Below are positions 21,013 through 30,808 of a DNA stretch of 64,000 bases, one piece after another. The stretch spans positions 233,942 through 297,941 of the forward strand of contig JAOAPE010000012.1 in NCBI GenBank assembly GCA_025462725.1, given 5' to 3'. Position 1 is the first letter of the stretch. Each line of letters opens with the position of its first letter. This stretch comes from Terriglobales bacterium (GTDB lineage: Bacteria > Acidobacteriota > Terriglobia > Terriglobales > Acidobacteriaceae). The notes under the pieces were generated by a model. The model worked only from the letters and a program-made list of their open reading frames with translations, was not told where the DNA came from and did no database searches. Both the position numbers and the translations under genes were made by a program.

Positions 21013-21728
21013 CAGCGTGCCCTCTTCAGTTGTGTTTCCATCTCGTCGCGGCCTTCAAGCGAGCGTACGGCGTATTGGTGCTCCAACTCTTGTTCGGCGC
21101 GGGCCAGCGAATATCGCATCCACACCACCAACGCCGCTAAGCACGAGAAAGCGAGCCAATTGAACAACAGCGGAGGCCACATCTCCGGCGCAAGCCCCGA
21201 GTTCGCCCCTCCGCCGATCACCGGTTGCGGATGCTGCGTCCGCCACCACCGTATCGACATATAAACGATAGGCACATCCAGGAACCCGAATACCGCAAGC
21301 GCGGCCGCGAGCGTTGCCGTCTGCTGTCCTTCAGAAAATCTGCGCATGACCAGGTAGCTCACATAGATCAGCCACAACACTAGTGTGCTGGTGAGACGCG
21401 CATCCCACGTCCACCAGATTCCCCAAACAGGTTTCGCCCACAGCGGTCCCGTGATCAACACCACCGTGCAAAAGACAACGCCCACTTCGGCGGATGCTAC
21501 CGCCCACGCGTCGGTGCGCGGACTCTTCCATATCAAATACATCACCGAAGCAACGAAGTTGACGAAGAACAATAGAAACGCTGTCCACGCCGAAGGCACG
21601 TGATAGTAGAAGATGCGCTGGATGTCGCCCATCGTCTGTTCAGTGGGCGCGGCATACATGCCTTGATAAAAGCCCAAGCCCAACAGCGCGAGCGTTATGA
21701 GTACGAATATTGCGGTTTTTGGTTTCAT
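21012..21728 (-). CDS. ccmC: Heme exporter protein C
   Basis: Trp-rich WWD motif WGIWWTWDARLTS; multi-TM. Confidence 0.9.
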   Translation of the reverse strand: MKPKTAIFVLITLALLGLGFYQGMYAAPTEQTMGDIQRIFYYHVPSAWTAFLLFFVNFVASVMYLIWKSPRTDAWAVASAEVGVVFCTVVLITGPLWAKPVWGIWWTWDARLTSTLVLWLIYVSYLVMRRFSEGQQTATLAAALAVFGFLDVPIVYMSIRWWRTQHPQPVIGGGANSGLAPEMWPPLLFNWLAFSCLAALVVWMRYSLARAEQELEHQYAVRSLEGRDEMETQLKRAR

Positions 21729-21944
21729 GGTTTTCTAGCTCTCGGCTCTCGGCTATCAGCTCTCGGCTATCAGTTTTTAGCCGTCAGCCCTCAGCCGTCA
21801 GTCTTTAGCTCTTAGCTCTTAGCTCAAGACTGACTAAAATGTTTTAACTTTGGCTTGCTTTTCTTCGTGAATCTCTGTGTCCTCTGTGGTTCAAGGTGTT
21901 GCTTTTGCTCTTGTCTTTGATTTAGCTGATAGCCGACAGCTGCT
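21729..21944. repeat. REP/BIME-like mosaic of short periodic repeats in the ccmB-ccmC gap
   Basis: CTCGGCT(ATC)AG units, AGCCGTCAG x2 and TTAGCTC x3. CTCTGTGTCCTCTGTGGTT at 21873..21891. AGCTGATAGCCGACAGCT (21924..21941) is the near inverted complement of 21757..21774. Confidence 0.75.
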
Positions 21945-22625
21945 TCACTCCGCATTCAGCACCACTTCAAACATCAGCAACCCCGCAATCGTAAACACCA
22001 CGTCGTATCCGGCAAGAAGTTTGATCCACATATCCGGAGAATATTCTCCGCTCAGGATATTCGTCGTCGCCTGCACCATTGCCAGCAGCGCGGGTATGGA
22101 TATCGGAAACAGCAACAGCGGCAGCATCACTTCGCGATTTCGCGTCCTCAGTGACAGTGCGGCGAAAAACGTTCCATTCGCCACGAGCGCCCACGTGCCT
22201 AAAAAGAAAACTACGGCCAGTTGCCACACCGGACCGATCGACCGCACGTTGTAGAACACCACGAACAGCGGAGACACCAGCAACTCGATCAATCCAACGA
22301 AAAGAAAATTTCCCAGTACCTTGCTGAAGAACAGTGCGCTCGCCGGCGCCGCCGATACACGATACGCATCCAGCACCTGGTTGCGCATCTCCCGCGCCCA
22401 CGTCTGGTTCAGCGCCACGATGGCCGCAAACAGGAATGCCACCCAGAAGATTCCGCCAACGATCCGCCTCGACTCCTCTGCCGATGGATCGAATGACATC
22501 GCGAATATCACCACTACCAGCAGCGCGAAAAATCCCATGGCGTTGAGCGCGTCTTTTGAGCGCCACTCCAACCGCAAGTCTTTTTCCAGGTTGGCGCGCG
22601 TGATCGCGTAAAATCCGCCGCTCAC
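21945..22625 (-). CDS. ccmB: Heme exporter protein B
   Basis: 226 aa, 6 TM, 4-nt overlap with ccmA, located between ccmA and ccmC. Confidence 0.8.
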   Translation of the reverse strand: MSGGFYAITRANLEKDLRLEWRSKDALNAMGFFALLVVVIFAMSFDPSAEESRRIVGGIFWVAFLFAAIVALNQTWAREMRNQVLDAYRVSAAPASALFFSKVLGNFLFVGLIELLVSPLFVVFYNVRSIGPVWQLAVVFFLGTWALVANGTFFAALSLRTRNREVMLPLLLFPISIPALLAMVQATTNILSGEYSPDMWIKLLAGYDVVFTIAGLLMFEVVLNAE

Positions 22626-23281
22626 AAGCCCACCTCTGTCGGACGCAGCTGCGCACGTTTCCTGCTTTCAATGATCCTGCCTAATTGCATTGTCAGGAAT
22701 TCGTCACCAGTATGCGCCAGCGCCGTCACTTGGTGTGTGATGACGATCACAGTACATCCGGCATCGCGCAACTCACCCAGATGGCGGGACATTTGCGCCA
22801 TTGAAACCGCATCCACGTTTGAGAATGGTTCATCGAGCAAGACGATCTTCGGCGAATGAAGCACCGCGCGCGCTAGTGAAAGCCGCTGCCGCATCCCTTG
22901 CGAATAGGCATGCACGTTGCGATGCATTCCGGGATCAAGTCCCACACAGTTCATCGCCAGTTCGCATTTTTTGATCGTCTCGTGGCTCGTGCCCATGCCT
23001 TGCAGTTCGGCAAAGTAGCGCAGGTTCTCCATGCCGGTAAGTTCGTCGTACAGCAGGGAAGCGTGGCCCATGTATCCCACCTGCTGGCGCGTGAAGTTCG
23101 CGTTCAACTCGACCTTGCCGGACGTCGGCTGCGTCAACCCCGCGAGCATCCGCAACAAAGTGGATTTTCCTGCGCCGTTGTCTCCCAGCAGCACGTAGAG
23201 CGTGCTGGCATTGAAGCAAAAATTCACTTCGCGGATAGCCGCGACCCGGCCAAAGATCTTTGTGATTTTGTCGGCAACGAT
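22622..23281 (-). CDS. ccmA: Heme ABC exporter ATP-binding protein CcmA (proposed non-canonical ATC start)
   Basis: Walker A GDNGAGKST, signature YSQGMRQRL, Walker B IVLLDEP. The conserved N-terminal strand IVADKITKIFGRVAAIRE lies upstream of the first in-frame GTG (23227). Confidence 0.8.
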   Translation of the reverse strand: MVADKITKIFGRVAAIREVNFCFNASTLYVLLGDNGAGKSTLLRMLAGLTQPTSGKVELNANFTRQQVGYMGHASLLYDELTGMENLRYFAELQGMGTSHETIKKCELAMNCVGLDPGMHRNVHAYSQGMRQRLSLARAVLHSPKIVLLDEPFSNVDAVSMAQMSRHLGELRDAGCTVIVITHQVTALAHTGDEFLTMQLGRIIESRKRAQLRPTEVGL

Positions 23282-23521
23282 ATTGGCTGCCCCTGCAGGA
23301 TTGTGCAGGGAGGGAGCGTCGTTGACGTCAGCGGGATTGGAGGTGGTGGACAGGTAAGGTTCCAGTGGTTTTCGGTTAAATCATACCAACTGCGGTTGAA
23401 CTTCTTCCTAAGTTCCGAAAACACTCGGGTGGCGCAGGGCTTCAGCCCTGCATAATCGCCGCCTCCAGCAGACTGGCTTTAGCCGCTGAGGCAAAGGCGT
23501 CGAAGCAATACTTGAATCGTA

Positions 23522-24049
23522 TCAGTGATACCTTTGCTGAATAACAATCAAGTGGGGATTGGCTGAGTTCAGAGGTGTACCATCCTGAGTAAATTTCACT
23601 TCCAGGACATACTTCTTCCCAGATTTTCCGGGAAAGCCGCCAAGAAATTTATAGACATGCTCTTTTGTAAACATGCTGTCCGCCTTTGTTGTGCTTGAAC
23701 CCTTTGCGACGATTTGGTCCTTGTCCCATATTATCCAGTCTGCTCGAAGCAGCGGGTCGTTGCTACTGCAACTACTAGCTTCAGTTGGATTGTGGGTGAC
23801 TCCCATCATGCAGATAATCTGTTCAAGCGGAAGGGGTTTTTCAACTTGAATGATGATGACGTACCACTGAGTAACGGTATTGAATTCTGGCGTCCGGACA
23901 GTACCTACCGCTAGGGACACTGGCGTGTCAATATCAGAACGCTTATATGGGTGCTCCAGATGTTTTCCTGCACAAGACGCTGGCACAAGAACCAGTGCAC
24001 CTATGAAGCCAGCGATGCTGCCCATTAACTTCCTTCTGTACCAATTCAT
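23522..24049 (-). CDS. Hypothetical lipoprotein/secreted protein in an AT-rich segment
   Basis: 175 aa. Signal with Cys (GALVLVPASCAG). No family recognised. Confidence 0.55.
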   Translation of the reverse strand: MNWYRRKLMGSIAGFIGALVLVPASCAGKHLEHPYKRSDIDTPVSLAVGTVRTPEFNTVTQWYVIIIQVEKPLPLEQIICMMGVTHNPTEASSCSSNDPLLRADWIIWDKDQIVAKGSSTTKADSMFTKEHVYKFLGGFPGKSGKKYVLEVKFTQDGTPLNSANPHLIVIQQRYH

Positions 24050-24201
24050 TTACCACAGAGCCTACTCTGTGCAACATCGTTTATGTCAAGCCGGTTCTTG
24101 CAATATCAGTGAGCTAATATAAATGTGTCGCATTATTCTTTTTGCTTGACAACCATTCCTGCCCCAAGCTAACCTCACTGTTTACAAATTGCCTAATTGA
24201 A

Positions 24202-24223
24202 ATTCATATCAAGAGATATGAAT
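24202..24223. promoter_or_regulatory. Perfect 9-bp inverted repeat ATTCATATC-aaga-GATATGAAT
   Basis: Seen directly in the divergent AT-rich spacer. Candidate operator or hairpin. Confidence 0.3.
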
Positions 24224-24320
24224 CCGTCTGCTTTCAGCCACTTGCGTCATATACCCGCCCCTAAGTTGCTGACTTGATTGAGGATCATATACAGGGGGGA
24301 GGGGGAGGGGATATCTCGAT

Positions 24321-24779
24321 ATGCCGATTCATCCGAACGTCGCGCGATGTAACCACATGAAAGTAGACGGGAACCGCTGCGGTTCGCCATCTAAAACAGG
24401 ACACAAGAAATGCCACTTCCATATGCATACCCTGAACCTGCCTTTTCGGTTCGTTTTTCCTCCACTTGAGGACGCCAACGCCATCCAGGTCGGCATCATG
24501 GAAGTCATGCGCGCCCTTCTTGAGAAGCGCATCGAGCGCGCCGACGCCGGTACACTCCTCTACGCCCTCCAGATCGCGCAAAGCAATCTCCGCAACATCA
24601 GCCTTGTCGGCAAGCCGCTACCGGAAGGCATCGATGAGGACGAACTCTCCATGGCCGCAATCTTGATGAAAGAGATCCGATTGGCGGAAGAAGAAGGGCA
24701 AGAGATTGAAAAGCGCGAACGGGAAACAAAAGAGAAGACATCCACACTAACGGTCGATGGAATAGGTGTCCCGCGCTAA
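24321..24779 (+). CDS. Hypothetical protein with an N-terminal Cys/His knuckle (C-x-H-x9-C...C-x-F-H) and an acidic coiled C-terminus
   Basis: 152 aa. RCNHMKVDGNRCGSPSKTGHKKCHFHMH. Strong GGAGGGG ribosome-binding region upstream. Confidence 0.55.
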   Translation: MPIHPNVARCNHMKVDGNRCGSPSKTGHKKCHFHMHTLNLPFRFVFPPLEDANAIQVGIMEVMRALLEKRIERADAGTLLYALQIAQSNLRNISLVGKPLPEGIDEDELSMAAILMKEIRLAEEEGQEIEKRERETKEKTSTLTVDGIGVPR

Positions 24780-24877
24780 ATCTGCTGAGTCCCAAGTATG
24801 CGCTATCGCACTCTTGCGCTCTTCAGGCGAACCACATAGCATAGGCACCAGTCTTTGTTTTTATCGAGTGTGGCCGT

Positions 24878-27160
24878 GTGATAGGCGAGACCGTATCGCA
24901 TTACCGGGTTATCGGCAAAGTCGGAAGCGGTGGCATGGGCGTGGTTTATGAGGCGGAGGACATTCGCCTGGGCCGCCGGGTAGCGCTGAAGATGTTGCCG
25001 CCGGAGTTGGCGCGCGAACCGCTGTCGTTGGAACGGTTTGAACGCGAGGCACGATCAGCCTCAGCGCTGAACCATCCCAACATTTGCACCATCTACGAGA
25101 TTGATGAGTTCCAGGGACAGCATTTCATCAGCATGGAGCTGATGGAGGGCGATTCGCTGTCAGACAAGATGCAGCGCGGGTCGATGTCAGTGGAGACGCT
25201 GCTGCCGCTGGCCATCCAGATCGCGGACGCCCTGGAAGCGGCGCACGCTAAGAACATTCTTCATCGCGACATCAAGCCAGCCAACATTTTTATCACCAGC
25301 CGGGGCCAGGCAAAGGTGCTGGATTTTGGATTGGCCAAGCTGGAGCCGGCGCGGCGACGCGTCGCCGCTGACGGCGAGGCAGCTGCGATGGAGGCGGATG
25401 AGACTGCGGTGACTCCCATGCACCTGACCAGTCCCGGCACGCTGCTGGGAACTGTAGCGTACATGGCGCCGGAACAGGCGCGCGGAGAAGTGACCGATGC
25501 GCGCGCCGACCTGTTTTCCTTCGGAACGGTGCTCTATCAGATGTGCGCAGACATTCTGCCGTTCCGCGGTGAGACATCGGCGGTGATCTTCGACGCCATC
25601 CTGAACAAAGAGCCCACCCCGCCGCTCAATCTCAAGCCACAGTTACCGCAGGAGTTGCAACGCATCATCCTTAAGGCGCTCGAGAAAGACCGTTCCATGC
25701 GTTACCAGAATGCCAGCGACATCAAGGCTGACTTGTTGCGGCTGAAGCGCGATACGGAATCAGGGTCGAAGCTGACGGAGTCCGGGGAACGCTCCAGGAG
25801 TGGGGCTCGCGTGACGCCGGCAGTGGCCATGCCAGCCGAGAAGTCCGTGGCGGTGTTGTACTTCGACAATTTGGGAGGCGGCGACGATGATGTGTACTTC
25901 CGTGACGGCATCACCGAGGACGTGATCACGGAGCTCTCAAAGATCCGCGAGCTGCGCATCTTTCCGCGGTCTGCGATGCTTGGCTATCGCGACAAGCCGG
26001 TGAGTGCGCCGGCTGTGGGACGCGAGCTGAATGCCGCGTACATCCTGGAGGGCAGTCTGCGGCGCTCCGGTAATCGTTTGCGCATTACCGCGCAATTAGT
26101 GGAGTCGCGTACTGGTCACTCCGTCTGGGCGGAGCGGTACGACCGGCAGATGGAAGACGTGTTCGCCATCCAGGACGAGATCGCTCAGAACATTGCGCGG
26201 GCGTTGCGCGTGGTGCTGAGCGAGCAAGAGAAGCGCGAGATTGAAAAAGTGCCGACTGCCAATGTGCAGGCCTATGATTATTATCTGCGCGGCCGGCAGT
26301 TCTTCCATCAGTTCCGGCGGAAGGGCATGGAATTCGCCCGGCAGATGTTTGCGCGCGCCATCGAAGTTGATCCGAATTACGCGCGCGCTTACGCGGGCCT
26401 CGCCGATTGCTGCTCCTTCCTCCAGTTTTACTGGCAGCCGACGGAGGAAAATATTCGGCAAGCGGAACAGGCCAGCGCGCGGGCCTTGCAACTCGATCCC
26501 GAACTGGCCGAGGCGCACGCGGCGCGAGGTCACGCCTTCTCTCTGACGGGCCGCCATGAAGAAGCGCAAAGGGAATTTGAAACCGCCATCCGGCTGAATC
26601 CGGAGTTGTTCGAGGCATATTACTTCTACGCGCGGTCATGCCTGATCCACGGACGCCTGCAAAAAGCGGTGGCATTATTCGAGCAAGCCTGCCGGACGCG
26701 GCCTGAGGACTATCAGGCGCCGTCGCTGCTGGCAAACGTGTTTGACGGTGTGGAACCGCACAGTGATATCGCCCTGAAAGCGCACAAACGAGCTTTGGAG
26801 GTGATCAAGAAGCACCTTGAGATACAACCGGACGATGTCCGCGCCTTGTATCTGGGCGCGCATAGCTTGTGCCGCATGGGAGACAAAGAACGCGGACTTG
26901 AGTGGGCCGGCCGGGCACTGGCGCTGGATCCGGAGGACTCCGCGGTCTGCTACAACGTAGGCTGCGTCTATGCGATTCTGGGAGACCGCCAGCGTGCCAT
27001 TGATTGTCTTGAGAATGCGGTGCAATACGGATTTGGTGACCCGCATATCATCCGCAACGATCCGTATTTGCAATTGCTGCACGAAGAGCCGCGGTATCAG
27101 GAGTTGCTCGCGCGGACGACCAAATCTGTGCAATCGGCCAGTTCAAGAAACGCGATTTAG
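24878..27160 (+). CDS. Ser/Thr protein kinase fused to a TolB-N-like domain and TPR repeats
   Basis: GTG start. [34 protein letters not shown] and APEQ, then VAVLYFDN...[20 protein letters not shown] and TPR repeats. Confidence 0.9.
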   Translation: MIGETVSHYRVIGKVGSGGMGVVYEAEDIRLGRRVALKMLPPELAREPLSLERFEREARSASALNHPNICTIYEIDEFQGQHFISMELMEGDSLSDKMQRGSMSVETLLPLAIQIADALEAAHAKNILHRDIKPANIFITSRGQAKVLDFGLAKLEPARRRVAADGEAAAMEADETAVTPMHLTSPGTLLGTVAYMAPEQARGEVTDARADLFSFGTVLYQMCADILPFRGETSAVIFDAILNKEPTPPLNLKPQLPQELQRIILKALEKDRSMRYQNASDIKADLLRLKRDTESGSKLTESGERSRSGARVTPAVAMPAEKSVAVLYFDNLGGGDDDVYFRDGITEDVITELSKIRELRIFPRSAMLGYRDKPVSAPAVGRELNAAYILEGSLRRSGNRLRITAQLVESRTGHSVWAERYDRQMEDVFAIQDEIAQNIARALRVVLSEQEKREIEKVPTANVQAYDYYLRGRQFFHQFRRKGMEFARQMFARAIEVDPNYARAYAGLADCCSFLQFYWQPTEENIRQAEQASARALQLDPELAEAHAARGHAFSLTGRHEEAQREFETAIRLNPELFEAYYFYARSCLIHGRLQKAVALFEQACRTRPEDYQAPSLLANVFDGVEPHSDIALKAHKRALEVIKKHLEIQPDDVRALYLGAHSLCRMGDKERGLEWAGRALALDPEDSAVCYNVGCVYAILGDRQRAIDCLENAVQYGFGDPHIIRNDPYLQLLHEEPRYQELLARTTKSVQSASSRNAI

Positions 27161-27174
27161 TTCTGCGTTGAACG

Positions 27175-27615
27175 CTACATTGTTGATCTGGCTGTGGCGG
27201 GTTTTCCTTTTTCATCCTTCTTCGGTGCGTACTTCGAGGCGCACTTGGCCTGAAGAGTCTTGGCGTGGAAGATTCCATCCCGACCGAACTCGCCTTCAGC
27301 CAGCGCCTGCGATTCATCCTTGAAGGTGTCCGGAGGCGCTTCGGTTCCCTTGTAGATCACGGGAAGAGTCTTTGTGTCTTCCTGCAACTGGAACTCGACA
27401 GTCGTACCCAGCCGCTTGATCGAACCGGGTACAACAGTTCCCGCAACGCGCAGGCGCTTGGTGTGAGCGCTCTCGCCCATGCTGCGCAGTTCGGCGATAG
27501 TCACGTAGTAGCTCTTGCTCTCTTGCACTCCGGTGTAAGCGAGATAAGAAAGCGTGATCAGGATCACGGCGATGGCGCTGCCAAAGCGGACGTACTTGTT
27601 CTGGGTCGATGACAT
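27175..27615 (-). CDS. ccmE: Cytochrome c maturation heme chaperone CcmE, Cys variant (CXXXY)
   Basis: LRVAGTVVPGSIKR and PPDTFKDESQALAEGEF align with E. coli CcmE. LQAKCASKYAP replaces LAKHDENYTP. Start placed at the internal ATG 27615 (MSSTQNKY... followed by a TM helix). Confidence 0.85.
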   Translation of the reverse strand: MSSTQNKYVRFGSAIAVILITLSYLAYTGVQESKSYYVTIAELRSMGESAHTKRLRVAGTVVPGSIKRLGTTVEFQLQEDTKTLPVIYKGTEAPPDTFKDESQALAEGEFGRDGIFHAKTLQAKCASKYAPKKDEKGKPATARSTM

Positions 27616-27670
27616 TATGGTTCTGCTGAAATCGTACGCCGGTGTAACGGATTCTTCAACCGACGGCTTC

Positions 27671-27685
27671 AACCACAGAGAGCAC
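27671..27685. repeat. REP-like unit AACCACAGAGAGCAC, left arm of an inverted pair
   Basis: Its reverse complement matches 27811..27825 at 14 of 15 positions. The imperfect match extends to about 30 nt. Confidence 0.7.
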
Positions 27686-27804
27686 TGAGTAACACAGAGG
27701 AAAACAGGGCTAAAGGCTGAAGCAACCGAATCATTATCGGCATGCGAACAGTTGGATGGCACAGAAGGATGCAATGAAGGACTCAACATTATTTAATGTC
27801 CGTG

Positions 27805-27825
27805 TTCTCTGTGCTCTCCGTGGTT
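27805..27825. repeat. REP-like unit TTCTCTGTGCTCTCCGTGGTT, right arm, similar to 21873..21891
   Basis: Direct comparison with ATCTCTGTGTCCTCTGTGGTT in the ccmB-ccmC spacer. Confidence 0.7.
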
Positions 27826-27869
27826 AAAGCTTTTGGTTTCCAGCGCGTATAATCACTGCTTAGAACTAA

Positions 27870-29396
<1,527 letters not shown>

Positions 29397-29409
29397 TCAC
29401 GACTCACGA

Positions 29410-29437
29410 CAAAAAGCCGCGCGATTGCGCGGCTTTT
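29410..29437. terminator. Bidirectional rho-independent terminator between thiC and the convergent gene
   Basis: AAAAA GCCGCGC gatt GCGCGGC TTTTT. Confidence 0.85.
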
Positions 29438-29454
29438 TCATTTCTCAAACTAAT

Positions 29455-30462
29455 TTATTGAAGGTCAGAGAATCGTTTTGGTCCTGGATTCTGGTTCTTT
29501 GCAGTGATTTGCTTTGAAGGATAGTGACGGACGATCACTTCGTCCTCAGCATCGGGATCGTAGACTGCTCTGCGAGCTGTGGCTGCACTCTGTCTTGGTA
29601 AAACCGCTTTCGTCGCTTTGGGCTTACGCAGCTTCGCCGCATGCATTGGATTCGCAACAACAGTTACACCATTGCTCGCGGTCGCGGCTTGTTCAGCCGG
29701 AACAGGCACTTTTGTGTAAGAGGCTGCAACGAAGCCCACGATGAAAGCCAACGCGACTCCAACAGCGACTGGCCAAAGCTGCCGGATAACGAAGCGTTCG
29801 CGGGAGGAACCAGCTTCTTGCGACACCAGCGATGGATTCTTCGCTCGACGTTGTTGAACTCGTGCCGCGAACTCTGAGGTAAGCAGCGCAATTTGCGCTT
29901 TGGCCCGCATTGCGTGTGCAGTTGCAGCGTCGTTGATGCGTGCTGCGTGCTTTCGAATGAGAGCCTGGGCTCTTTGTGCGCTGTGAGACGCAGAGCCTTG
30001 CGCCTTGGAGAACTGTTTGGAGACGCGCTTCCGTGCTTCAAGGTTCCTCGCGCGCAGAATTGCATAGCCCGAATCCGCAGGAATTTCCGCGACCGGCGTC
30101 GGCTCCGTGGAGCGTTGCGGCCGGAAGTTACTCCATGTTTCGCGAAGATGACCAGTCAGTTTTCTCCATGCAGGAGCAAGGACGAACTCTCGCTCAGCAA
30201 CGTAATCTTCTGGTATTTCCGAGAGATCGGATTCGGCGTAATCGGATGCTGCGAAAGCCTGCTCGCCGTTTCTATTTGGCGCCGAAGTTTCGGCTGCCGA
30301 TGCAATTCCGTTCTCCATGTCGAGGTTGATCTCTAGATCGACCGCGCTTGCAGGAATCCTGTAAGGCGAGACGATATCAACGATGTAGCCGGAATCGGAA
30401 AGGGTCTGAGCGAGATCCTTGGCTGCAGAAGGAGTGGACGTGATAATGCGCGCTAAAGGCAT
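29455..30462 (-). CDS. Hypothetical single-pass membrane protein
   Basis: 335 aa with one TM segment (LWPVAVGVALAFIVGFVAASY). No family recognised. Confidence 0.5.
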   Translation of the reverse strand: MPLARIITSTPSAAKDLAQTLSDSGYIVDIVSPYRIPASAVDLEINLDMENGIASAAETSAPNRNGEQAFAASDYAESDLSEIPEDYVAEREFVLAPAWRKLTGHLRETWSNFRPQRSTEPTPVAEIPADSGYAILRARNLEARKRVSKQFSKAQGSASHSAQRAQALIRKHAARINDAATAHAMRAKAQIALLTSEFAARVQQRRAKNPSLVSQEAGSSRERFVIRQLWPVAVGVALAFIVGFVAASYTKVPVPAEQAATASNGVTVVANPMHAAKLRKPKATKAVLPRQSAATARRAVYDPDAEDEVIVRHYPSKQITAKNQNPGPKRFSDLQ

Positions 30463-30561
30463 AGGACTTCCTTATTGTATGGGCGCAACTAATTAGACGC
30501 GAGTTGTAGCCAGGAAGTGGCCGAGAAGAAGAAGATTTTTCAGGGAGCGTAGCGCTGCTGA

Positions 30562-30780
30562 TCAGTGCAGGTCAACGTGCTTACGCCACTTTGCGTACAC
30601 CCAGACCAGTATGCCGAGAGCGCAAGCTTCCATTGGGCCTGTCTCTGACAAGATCTTGGTGATGCTAGTGGAAATGACAACATCGTCAAGCGTCATGCCC
30701 TTGGTGGCGACGTAGGTGGCGTAGATGATTCCGGCACCCGCGGTCAAGCTGCCTAAGCGTTCAAGCCAATACACCTTCAT
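30562..30780 (-). CDS. Small membrane protein, unknown
   Basis: 72 aa with two hydrophobic helices. Confidence 0.4.
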   Translation of the reverse strand: MKVYWLERLGSLTAGAGIIYATYVATKGMTLDDVVISTSITKILSETGPMEACALGILVWVYAKWRKHVDLH

Positions 30781-30808
30781 AGCACGCGGAATGTATCACA
30801 AAACAGCG

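Noticed and set aside
21729-21840. CRISPR-like array
   Set aside because: Repeat units are only 7-14 nt, degenerate and contiguous without spacers, and no cas genes are nearby. This is REP-like, not CRISPR.
24294-24310. G-quadruplex-forming tract G6-A-G5-A-G4
   Set aside because: Only three G-runs unless a run is split. More simply, it is an extended purine-rich ribosome-binding region for the ORF at 24321.
27762-27778. Sigma-54 type promoter (TGGCAC-N-ATGCA)
   Set aside because: The GG-to-GC spacing is one base too long and the -12 element is ATGC rather than TTGC.
27616-27789. 58-aa N-terminal extension of ccmE in the 204-aa track ORF
   Set aside because: The extension is not CcmE-like and overlaps REP-like repeats. 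The canonical CcmE N-terminus (short basic segment plus TM helix) begins at ATG 27615.
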